From: Citrobacter portucalensis
GTDB lineage: Bacteria; Pseudomonadota; Gammaproteobacteria; Enterobacterales; Enterobacteriaceae
Direction: 5' to 3'
Assembly: GCF_002042885.1 (NCBI RefSeq)
Contig: NZ_MVFY01000002.1
Coordinates: 478,995 to 510,994, forward strand
Length of the DNA: 32,000 bases
Position 1 is the first letter of the stretch, and each line of letters starts with the position of its first letter. This document shows, piece by piece, positions 17,130 to 24,646 of this stretch. The notes below the pieces were generated by a model. It did not search any database, was not told the origin of the DNA, and saw only the letters and a program-made list of their open reading frames with translations. Both the position numbers and the translations under genes were made by a program.

Positions 17130-17933
17130 ATGAAACCAGATTTGTTTACCGCAGTAATGAAAACCATCGGCAGCACGCAGGATGAGAAAATCCGCACGGC
17201 CATTGACAGCGCACTGGATACCCTTAACGAGAAAGCAAACCAGAACGCCGAGGTCACGATAAATAACGCTCTTGATGTGTTCAGCAAGGCCAAATCCGCA
17301 CACACGGAAAATATGCTGAAACTGAATGATATTGATGCCGCCATTATCCGCAGCGGGAAAGAGCGTCAGAACGCGCTGAATGAAAGTGCCGAAGCCGAAC
17401 AGAACTGGCGTACCCGTTTTCGCGAACTGCGCGGCATGATGACCCCGGAACTGAAAACCGAACACAGTCAGCGAGTGGCCGGTCGGGAGCTGGCGGAAGA
17501 ATTCACCGCCCTGATTGATGAGCTCAACGATGATAAAGCCAGTACCATGCTGGCCGCCTGTACATCAGGAAAAGAATACGTCAGCGCCCATTCAGAGGCG
17601 CTTTCTGCCCATGCCCGGAATGAGTGGTCGGCGGTCATGAAAGAGATTCCCCCGGCGCTGGTACGCGCTTTTGCGTTACGCCTGCGTGAGCTCGAAATTA
17701 AGGGAGAAGAACACCCTCACAACGTTCTCATTCAGGAGTTGGGTGAGAATGTACTGGCGCAAAGCAGGTTCTACACATTCAACATGGCGCAGGAGCCGGT
17801 AATTTCAATAATTGGGCTTCACCGTCCGGCTCTTACCGGCGTGGACATGAAACTCTATAAAAGCCCTGCTCTCAGAATGGCGCGGGCTAAAGAGCTGGCG
17901 CAGAAGAAAAAATCACAGGGGGTTAAGCCATGA
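17130..17933 (+). CDS. sid: Sid-like capsid size-determination (external scaffold) protein
   Basis: First gene of the sid-delta-psu order. The segment WRTRFRELRGMMTPELKTEHSQRVAGRELAEEF resembles my recollection of P4 Sid. Predicted to be largely helical. Its stop overlaps the delta start in ATGA. Confidence 0.6.
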   Translation: MKPDLFTAVMKTIGSTQDEKIRTAIDSALDTLNEKANQNAEVTINNALDVFSKAKSAHTENMLKLNDIDAAIIRSGKERQNALNESAEAEQNWRTRFRELRGMMTPELKTEHSQRVAGRELAEEFTALIDELNDDKASTMLAACTSGKEYVSAHSEALSAHARNEWSAVMKEIPPALVRAFALRLRELEIKGEEHPHNVLIQELGENVLAQSRFYTFNMAQEPVISIIGLHRPALTGVDMKLYKSPALRMARAKELAQKKKSQGVKP

Positions 17934-18172
17934 TGCGCTGCCCGTACTGCAAACAGGCTGCCCATGTCCGTACCAGTCGCTACCTGTCGGATAACGTCAA
18001 ACAGAGCTACCTCCAGTGCGTGAATGTCTTTTGCTCCACGACCTTTCGCACCATCGAGTCTATTGACGAGGTGATACGGCCACCGGCAGAAGAAAAGCCC
18101 GAACCACCACAGACGGTATCAGAAACACCGACCCGAATTCTGGACTGCGCCCGCTCATCGCTGCGCCACTGA
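17930..18172 (+). CDS. Ogr/Delta-family zinc-finger late transcription activator
   Basis: 80 aa with CPYC-x22-C-x4-C (C4, C7, C30, C35), the Ogr/Delta zinc-finger spacing. Single-domain form rather than the duplicated P4 Delta. Confidence 0.8.
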   Translation: MMRCPYCKQAAHVRTSRYLSDNVKQSYLQCVNVFCSTTFRTIESIDEVIRPPAEEKPEPPQTVSETPTRILDCARSSLRH

Positions 18173-18188
18173 TTCAGGAGAAAAGAAA

Positions 18189-18764
18189 ATGGCACGAGCA
18201 CTACTGGAACAGGCCTTTGAAACCTGTCAGAAGAATAAATCGGACTGGATGAGCAGCAAGTCAGCACTGGCGCGGGCTGAAATGGCGCTAAAAGAGCTGG
18301 AGCTGACCTGTACCCGTTATGAACCGGAGGCAGCACAGGCGCTGCGTGATGATATTGACCTGAAAATATGGGCGGTAAATCAGTCGGCCGGGCAGTACAT
18401 CCGGTCGCATGAAGCCGTGCAGCGTATCAGTATCCGTCGTCAGCTCCACGCCTTTATGCAGGTAAGCGGCGACGCACTGGCCGCCGTACTGGCACCAGAA
18501 TTAATGCATCTCAGCGAACAACCTGACATCGTCAGAGAACGGGCTCTCGATCGGGCGGTCGCCAGTGTTCGCGAAGCGCTGTCCGTTCATGTAACCCGCG
18601 GAGGAAATATTGATTACGCAGAGGAAGATCGCGACATTCTGACAACCATCGGTTTCCGGCCTGACAGAGCATCGAGAGACGACAACCGGGCAAAATATAC
18701 GCCTGAACAGAGTCAGATTTTCATACGCCGACAGGCCGCACAGACCCGCAAAAAATCAGCATAA
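18189..18764 (+). CDS. psu: Psu-like polarity suppression / capsid decoration protein
   Basis: 191 aa (P4 Psu is 190 aa). Conserved stretches I recall from P4 Psu are present: LEQAFETCQ, YIRSHEAVQRISIR, ILTTIGFRPD. Confidence 0.8.
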   Translation: MARALLEQAFETCQKNKSDWMSSKSALARAEMALKELELTCTRYEPEAAQALRDDIDLKIWAVNQSAGQYIRSHEAVQRISIRRQLHAFMQVSGDALAAVLAPELMHLSEQPDIVRERALDRAVASVREALSVHVTRGGNIDYAEEDRDILTTIGFRPDRASRDDNRAKYTPEQSQIFIRRQAAQTRKKSA

Positions 18765-18928
18765 AACACCCCGAAAATACCCGTCTTTTTAATAAAAATA
18801 GCCATGCATGCCTACGCTGCATGGCTTTGCATGCAAAAACCTGAATTTTCCACACCCTGCCGCACCAGTACTGGCGCGGCCTGAGCCCCTTCATGCTCCT
18901 GCATTAAAAACGCCCCAGGAAGCGGGCA

Positions 18929-18947
18929 GGCGTGGCGGGGAGAGCAT
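18929..18947. other. cos-like 19-mer (P2/P4 cohesive-end sequence candidate)
   Basis: GGCGTGGCGGGGAGAGCAT matches the P2/P4 cos sequence as I recall it (GGCGAGGCGGGGAAAGCAC) at 16/19 positions. It is at the expected place after psu. Confidence 0.45.
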
Positions 18948-19271
18948 TGCGCGCAAGAACTACAAAGTGTGTGTTTATTTTGGCAGTAAAATACAATGCT
19001 ATACAGTACTGATTCTTTGGGGGTTGTGATAATGAGAACCTCATTAACCTTATGAAGATACTAGGATGCAGGTTTTGGCATAAAGCAAATATTTACGGAG
19101 GGAAACGTAATAAGTAAAATTAGTTATGCGTGTAGATGTTAGATTGGATTAACGCATTGTAATATATAGAATTATTAAAGTGGAATTGTCTTTGCTTTTA
19201 AAGTTTTAAATATGCGGATTTACGCCTCCGAATGTAAAAATATCTTGGAGGCGTGTTTTGTATATTAATAA

Positions 19272-20009
19272 TTACCGCTGAAACTCCGTGTCTATGAAGT
19301 TTTCATCAGTTATGGCCGTCATTATCTGGAAAAACATTTCTTCTGGCTGGATGAATGCTAGTTCACGGCATAGGATTGTTATGTCATCATTGTAAACTAT
19401 TCCCATTCTAGGATTGAATAATTCAAACTTTTGGAGAGGGCGTTTTTCTCTGGAGTAGAAGTTAAGTGTAAAATAGATTAGTAATTGTCTTAAATCATAT
19501 ACACTAAATTTCCTATCGCCAGATTTTATTTCTACAAGTGTATTTGGGTAGTAAATGTCTCCGTATGAGTTATTGATTATCCCACAACCTGAAAATAAAG
19601 GTGAGGAGATGGTTTGGTATATGCGATACCTATTTAATATATTCCACGCTATACTTTTAATGCTGTTATATTCGGGAACTGATAAAGGTAATTCAAAATT
19701 AGAACCGTAGCTAAATTTTCTTAATTCAAGCTCTGTTTTCTCTATAACTCTCGAGAATTCTGGGGCGTAAAAAAGATCATTCGACAAAAGTAATTGCTCG
19801 CTAATAATATTGTTATGTATTGCAACATACAGATTAAAACCACACTCATTAACAAAAACATTATTTTCCTTTTTCCCATTTTCATCAAGGGGGGGATAAA
19901 CATCATCAATCAAACTACCGTTAACTATTCTTATGAAATTATTGGCGTTTGGAAGAAGTTGATTCCAATATGAAGTGAATTTTCTTGAAAAAGTCAATTC
20001 AGAAATCAT
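19272..20009 (-). CDS. RecB/Cas4-like PD-(D/E)xK nuclease-fold protein, partner of the reverse transcriptase (245 aa)
   Basis: The start ATG overlaps the RT stop in ATGA (20006-20009). Core GCGIINNSYGD151IYYPNTLVE160IK162SG (nt 19524-19559), followed by Q175LLIY179 (QxxxY). About 30% GC. Confidence 0.65.
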   Translation of the reverse strand: MISELTFSRKFTSYWNQLLPNANNFIRIVNGSLIDDVYPPLDENGKKENNVFVNECGFNLYVAIHNNIISEQLLLSNDLFYAPEFSRVIEKTELELRKFSYGSNFELPLSVPEYNSIKSIAWNILNRYRIYQTISSPLFSGCGIINNSYGDIYYPNTLVEIKSGDRKFSVYDLRQLLIYFTLNFYSREKRPLQKFELFNPRMGIVYNDDITILCRELAFIQPEEMFFQIMTAITDENFIDTEFQR

Positions 20010-21634
20010 AAAGCATCCTCCAGATTACGTGATGTTTGTCTGTAACTAGCCCAATCTCTGTATATTACTTCAATGAAGTTAAAGGTTGCTTTATTGTGGT
20101 CTCTCCAGTGCCTCCCTTCGTCACCGAGTAAGAAACTGGAGATTATCAATAATCTGCGTTGCAAAGGATGTAATCCAGCAAAGTTTTTCTTTATGTCTGA
20201 GAGCCAAGGAATTACTCTTAGCTTTGCCATTGATTGAGTTACAGTATTTTTTATCAATTGACTTTCTGGGTTTTTTTTATAAATCTCAGTAAGTATAAGT
20301 ACTGATTTTTCACTATTTTCTTTAGATAGCATTCTGGCGACATAAGCAATGTTTAACTCTGCTTTGAGAATGTAAGATTCATCTCTAATTAATTGAATTA
20401 TTTTATCCAGGATAATATTTTTTGTGGTGGTGTCAATTTTTTGCCAATTAGCAGATGCTACTTGCATTATTGTGGTGAATATTGGATATAGTTCATTTAA
20501 ATTATTGAACATAACTTTAAATGCACTTGAAATAGTTTCATTCGATGTTACGGAAAATGCTTTAATCAAATGCTTGCTAAATGATTGATTTATTTTTGAT
20601 TTTTGTAGTTCGCTATTGAGCATGGCTAAGAGATCAAAATCTTTTAGAGCCTCTTTAATTTCTTCATACTCCTCAACTGCATTTGCTGAATAAGGGTCAA
20701 ATCTGATAGGTAAGCTCATGAATTTTGCTTTCATAGGGGCTTCTTCATCTTCCTCGCTTCCATGTAATTTTGCTTTAGTTACAGATAAAAATTCTTCTTT
20801 TGAGACAATGTTGGTTTTATGTTTTTGCAACGTCAGACCTTCATTCTCCATTAATTTTTTGCTGATAAAGGTTAATATGTTATGAGCTTCCTCTTTAGAT
20901 TGGCAAAAAATAATGAAGTCATCAACATACCGTTTATAGCTTATTTGATTCATTGAGAGTAACTGGTCAATGGAGTCTAAGGCAAGTTCAGCAAGTATTC
21001 TAGATGCAGGGCATCCTACTGGTACACCATATGATTTTGTTTCAGTGAATAATTGTAGCAGTTTTTTTATTTTATATGAGTATTCCCTTTGCGGATCAAT
21101 GCGATCTAAGGCGTTCTCTAATCGGTGATGATATATCCTTGGATAGAAATCAGCAATATCACAAGTAAGTATATACTTGATACTATCATCTTGACATTTA
21201 GTTATGCTGTCCTCCTGATATTTTCGCCATGATATTCCTTTATCAAAAAGAGTTCCTTCATCTAAGTTAGGAGAAAATCTATATGAGTACACTTTATCTG
21301 AGTTCGCTCTTCTGTCTTCAATATCTTTAGATAAACGTATGACAAGCCCTAAGAAAAAAGCGTTCCAGTATGGATCTATTTGAGTTGCCCATCGATAACC
21401 ATAATAGCCTACACTTGAAAAACTGTTAATTAGAGTCGGCTGATAATCAACTTTATGTTGTTCGAAGTTTTCGAATGTATCCATTAAAGCATCAATGACT
21501 ATGTCTTTTTTGTCCTCGAATAAACGACTCTCGAAAGGATATGGGAAAATATCAGTATCACCATGTTTAATGATGTTTAATAAAGCCAAATTAAAACAGT
21601 CTTCTAACTTATTATTATTAAATACGTTAGGCAT
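20006..21634 (-). CDS. Abi/UG-like reverse transcriptase with a helical C-terminal domain (542 aa)
   Basis: Motif A ILTCDIADFYPRI (aa 155-167), motif B GVPVGCPASRILAELAL (203-219), motif C YKRYVDDFIIF (YVDD = nt 20918-20929), motif D/E GLTLQKHKT (266-274). An acidic linker (SEEDEEAP) is followed by ~240 aa with no signature I recognise. AGGAG lies 9 nt upstream of the ATG, inside the end of int. Confidence 0.9.
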   Translation of the reverse strand: MPNVFNNNKLEDCFNLALLNIIKHGDTDIFPYPFESRLFEDKKDIVIDALMDTFENFEQHKVDYQPTLINSFSSVGYYGYRWATQIDPYWNAFFLGLVIRLSKDIEDRRANSDKVYSYRFSPNLDEGTLFDKGISWRKYQEDSITKCQDDSIKYILTCDIADFYPRIYHHRLENALDRIDPQREYSYKIKKLLQLFTETKSYGVPVGCPASRILAELALDSIDQLLSMNQISYKRYVDDFIIFCQSKEEAHNILTFISKKLMENEGLTLQKHKTNIVSKEEFLSVTKAKLHGSEEDEEAPMKAKFMSLPIRFDPYSANAVEEYEEIKEALKDFDLLAMLNSELQKSKINQSFSKHLIKAFSVTSNETISSAFKVMFNNLNELYPIFTTIMQVASANWQKIDTTTKNIILDKIIQLIRDESYILKAELNIAYVARMLSKENSEKSVLILTEIYKKNPESQLIKNTVTQSMAKLRVIPWLSDIKKNFAGLHPLQRRLLIISSFLLGDEGRHWRDHNKATFNFIEVIYRDWASYRQTSRNLEDAL

Positions 21635-21636
21635 TC

Positions 21637-22836
21637 TTATTTACTCCTAGCTTCTTTGATATATTCTCCCCACCACGTAAGTAGTTGGGTTCTCTGTTCT
21701 AAATAAAGAGCATGATTATATGCTCTCCTAACTTCATTTTTATCCGTATGTGCAAGAGTTGATTCTATTACATCTGCATTGAATCCTTGTTCATTTAACG
21801 TTGTACTTGCGATAGACCTTAAGCCATGTGCAACAAGTTTTCCACCATAACCGATCCGCTTAAGTGCAGCATTAGCCGTCTGGCTATTCATTGCTTGTTT
21901 GGGATCGTTTCTGCTCGGGAAAATATGTTCTCGGTGAGCACTTATAGGTTTCATTATCTCCAAAATATCTAATGCTTGGGATGATAAAGGAACAATATGT
22001 TCACGCTTAGCCTTCATCCTATCGGCTGGAATCGTCCAGAGCTTTGTATCGAGATCGATCTCAGCCCACCGAGCGCCAGAAGCCTCAGAAGGGCGCACAA
22101 CAGTCAGGAGCTGCCACTCAATAAGACAGCGAGTCGGTACAGACAAATTTGACATAATCAAAGAGCGCATGAGCTTCGGCAATTCTTCTGGTCGTAGCGT
22201 CGGCATGTTTTGTTTTTTGGGTTTCTCAAAGGCCATACCAACACCTGATGCCGGATTTGCATCGATTAAGCCAGTGTTCACCGCATAAATCATAACCTCA
22301 TTTACACGCTGTACTAAGCGGCGAACTGTCTCCAGAGCTCCGCGCGCTTTGATTGGCTCCAATGCTTCAACAATCGTTCTGGCCTTTATCTCCTGAACGG
22401 GTATTGCACCGATTGCCGGGAACACGTCCTTATCTAAAGAGCGCCATATATCTTTCGCGTAATCCTCTGTGACGCTTTTGCTTTTCATTTTGAACCAGTT
22501 GGCGGCCACTGTTGAGAAAATGCTATCCAGCTCAATCTGACGTTGCTCTGATGCTTGCTCTTGCTGCTGTTGTGGATCCATCCCCTGCGCGAGCGTAGCC
22601 AAATATTGGTCGCGTATCTGACGAGCTGTTGCGAGTGTAAGGGCAGGATATGAGCCGAGACTCAAATTTGTGCGGCTGCTGCTTCCCGGTCGTTGATAAC
22701 GGAAGCGCCAGAGTTTTTTACCAGTGGTTTTGACGAGCAAGAACAAGCCATCACCATCATGAAGGGTGAAGTCTTTTTCACGGGGTTTGGCTTTAAGGAT
22801 TTCATTGTTAGTGAGGGGGCGTGTGATACGCGCCAT
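21637..22836 (-). CDS. int: P4-family tyrosine integrase
   Basis: 399 aa. N-terminus LTNNEILKAKPREKDFTLHDGDGLFLLVKTTGKKLWRFRY is the typical P4-integrase arm-binding domain. C-terminal catalytic boxes HGLRSIASTTL and RRAYNHALY. Adjacent to the ssrA 3' end. Confidence 0.9.
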   Translation of the reverse strand: MARITRPLTNNEILKAKPREKDFTLHDGDGLFLLVKTTGKKLWRFRYQRPGSSSRTNLSLGSYPALTLATARQIRDQYLATLAQGMDPQQQQEQASEQRQIELDSIFSTVAANWFKMKSKSVTEDYAKDIWRSLDKDVFPAIGAIPVQEIKARTIVEALEPIKARGALETVRRLVQRVNEVMIYAVNTGLIDANPASGVGMAFEKPKKQNMPTLRPEELPKLMRSLIMSNLSVPTRCLIEWQLLTVVRPSEASGARWAEIDLDTKLWTIPADRMKAKREHIVPLSSQALDILEIMKPISAHREHIFPSRNDPKQAMNSQTANAALKRIGYGGKLVAHGLRSIASTTLNEQGFNADVIESTLAHTDKNEVRRAYNHALYLEQRTQLLTWWGEYIKEARSK

Positions 22837-22853
22837 GTCTGGATCCTTTCCAT

Positions 22854-22909
22854 AATTGGTACACGTTTAATGGACCACAGTATAGCGTGTACCTAAACGT
22901 GTACCAATT
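22854..22909. repeat. Inverted repeat upstream of int that includes copy 2 of the 23-bp direct repeat
   Basis: aattggtacacgttta (22854-22869) is the reverse complement of taaacgtgtaccaatt (22894-22909). 22887-22909 is identical to 11922-11944. The element lies 18-73 nt upstream of the int start codon. Confidence 0.65.
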
Positions 22910-22950
22910 TTCTCTGGATTTAGCCGGATGTTCTCGGACAACGACAGACA

Positions 22951-22986
22951 CAAAAAAGCCCGCAGGGCTTGTGCCGTGCGGGCTTT
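22951..22986 (-). terminator. Rho-independent terminator downstream of ssrA (supplied by the island side)
   Basis: Minus strand reads AAGCCC-UGC-GGGCUU followed by UUUUG. The alternative longer stem is GCCCGCA...UGCGGGC. It lies 35-70 nt after the tmRNA CCA end. Confidence 0.6.
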
Positions 22987-23019
22987 CTGTACTTCACCGG
23001 ACGTATCCGGATCATGATT

Positions 23020-23383
23020 TGGTGGAGCTGGCGGGAGTTGAACCCGCGTCCGAAATTCCTACATCCTCGGCACTACATGCTTAGTCAGTCTTTACATTCG
23101 CCTGGCACCTGCGGACAGACACGCCACTACCAGACTAGCCTGATTAGTTTTAACGCTTCAACCCCAGGCAGGGCCTCCACGCGATCTCTTTTGGGTTTGA
23201 CCTCTCTTTGATCCCCGTCTTAAGAGCGGAAGCTAGGGAGAGAGGGCTCAGAGCAGGTTATTAAGCTGCTAAAGCGTAGTTTTCGTCGTTTGCGACTATT
23301 TTTTTGCGGCTTTTTACGAGGCCAACCGCCCCTCGGCATGCACCTTGGGTTTCGCGAATCCCGTCGAATCCAGAATCAGCCCC
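23020..23383 (-). ncRNA. ssrA: tmRNA (SsrA)
   Basis: The reverse complement starts GGGGCTGATTCTGGATTCGACGGGATTTGCGAAACCC and ends GGTTCAACTCCCGCCAGCTCCACCA. The tag reading frame GCAAACGACGAAAACTACGCTTTAGCAGCTTAA (ANDENYALAA*) is at 23261-23293. Confidence 0.95.
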
Positions 23384-23455
23384 AATGTGTTAGAGCAAGT
23401 ATAACAGACTTGTGACACGCGTGACCAGCCCCCGCAACCCCTAATCCTCAAGGAT

Positions 23456-24646
23456 TTAGCGCTCGCGCAGCGCTTCTTTTGCGCGATTAAACGGTTTGAT
23501 TAAATAGTCGACGATGTTTTTTTCACCTGTTTTTATATCCACTGTGGCAATCATGCCTGGTACGATGGAGAAATGGCGTCCCAGTTTGTTCTGTAAGAAG
23601 TCCTGATGCGTGCGGATAAACACGCGGTAATAGAAGATTTCCGGTTTCACTTTGTCCTGAATGGTGTCCGGAGAGATGGTTTCGACTACGCCTTCCAGAC
23701 CGCCGTAAATGGCGTAGTCATAGGCGGTAATCTTCACCAGCGCCCGTTGTCCAGGATGGATGAAAGCGATATCACGCGGTGACAGTCGGGTTTCTATTAG
23801 TAGATGATCGTCCAGCGGCACAATCTCCATCATCTCGCCGTTGGGCGGGATAACGCCGCCGATGGTGGTGACCTGGATGTTTTTCACAATACCGCGCATC
23901 GGCGCGCGTACGGTCAGGCGGGTGACGGAATCCTCGCGTCCTTTTAAAATCGCCGCCAGCATATCCACTTCGGCGTTGGCCTTTGACAGCGCTTCCCGCG
24001 CCTGCACGAAATATTGTGAGCGCAGGTCGGTGATTTTTAATCCCAGATCGCTTTTTTGTCGTTGCAGGCGCAGCACTTCTACGTGGCTGGCGGCACCGCT
24101 TTTCTCCAGCCGTTGGGTGATGGCCAGTTCTTTATTTACTGAGACCAGTGCATCTTGCAGTTCTGCCATTGAATCCGCAAGCTGCGCGCGGCGGCTTTTA
24201 TACAGGCGAGTTTCGGAGGCGATGAGGTCCGGCCAGGCGCGCAGTGAATCGGGAAAGACCAGCGGCAGATCGTTAACTTCGGCATTAAGCCTTGCGCTGG
24301 AAGCCAATGAGGCGCGATAACGGGCGGCGCTCTCCCCAACATTGGACTCAGAACGGGTGGGGTCGAGGCGGGCGACTATTTGATTGGCCTGCACTTTATC
24401 TCCCTCGCGTACAGTAAGCTCGGCGAGAATGCCGCCATCCAGCGACTGCAAGACTTGCTCTCGCGAGCTGGGGATCACTTTTCCGCTGCCGGTTGAGACT
24501 TCATCCAGCTTGCCGAAATATGCCCAGATACCCAGGACGGCAAACAGCAGCGTGCTGAGCAGAATAATACGGCTGGCCCCGGAAAAACGGTGCTCGCGGC
24601 GGATATCGAGGTCGTCCATGGCGGCATCATGCGGATTGGTTTTCAT
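23456..24646 (-). CDS. bapD: Type I secretion membrane fusion protein (HlyD family)
   Basis: Start moved to ATG 24646 (MKTNPHD..), which overlaps the ABC gene end by 20 nt. N-terminal TM segment IILLSTLLFAVLGIWAYF, a long coiled-coil middle, and a HlyD-type C-terminus. The symbol follows the Salmonella bapABCD order (OMP, ABC, MFP) as I recall it. Confidence 0.8.
   Translation of the reverse strand: MKTNPHDAAMDDLDIRREHRFSGASRIILLSTLLFAVLGIWAYFGKLDEVSTGSGKVIPSSREQVLQSLDGGILAELTVREGDKVQANQIVARLDPTRSESNVGESAARYRASLASSARLNAEVNDLPLVFPDSLRAWPDLIASETRLYKSRRAQLADSMAELQDALVSVNKELAITQRLEKSGAASHVEVLRLQRQKSDLGLKITDLRSQYFVQAREALSKANAEVDMLAAILKGREDSVTRLTVRAPMRGIVKNIQVTTIGGVIPPNGEMMEIVPLDDHLLIETRLSPRDIAFIHPGQRALVKITAYDYAIYGGLEGVVETISPDTIQDKVKPEIFYYRVFIRTHQDFLQNKLGRHFSIVPGMIATVDIKTGEKNIVDYLIKPFNRAKEALRER

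Larger units (their letters stand above)
11838..23041 (-). mobile_element. P4-like satellite prophage integrated at the 3' end of ssrA
   Basis: Gene order from ssrA: int, cargo, cos-like site, psu-delta-sid, ori iterons, AlpA/orf88-like gene, RNA immunity region, small ORFs, alpha, crr iterons, cargo, att remnant. This matches an integrated P4 genome as I recall it, and the ~11.2 kb size compares with 11.6 kb for P4. Confidence 0.8.

Noticed and set aside
18808-19029. 73-aa plus-strand ORF after psu
   Set aside because: It spans the cos-like 19-mer and a hairpin region and has no RBS. In P4 this interval is non-coding packaging sequence.
20006-21634. Retron, group II intron or diversity-generating retroelement interpretation of the RT
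   Set aside because: There is no non-coding space upstream for an msr-msd, since int stops 2 bp away. I see no VTG-type retron signature. There is no maturase/X or endonuclease domain and no intron-like boundaries. No TR/VR repeat pair is visible nearby.
22887-23211. Two plus-strand ORFs (65 and 80 aa) overlapping the att region and ssrA
   Set aside because: They lie on the complement of the tmRNA gene and its terminator, use GTG/TTG starts, and have no RBS.
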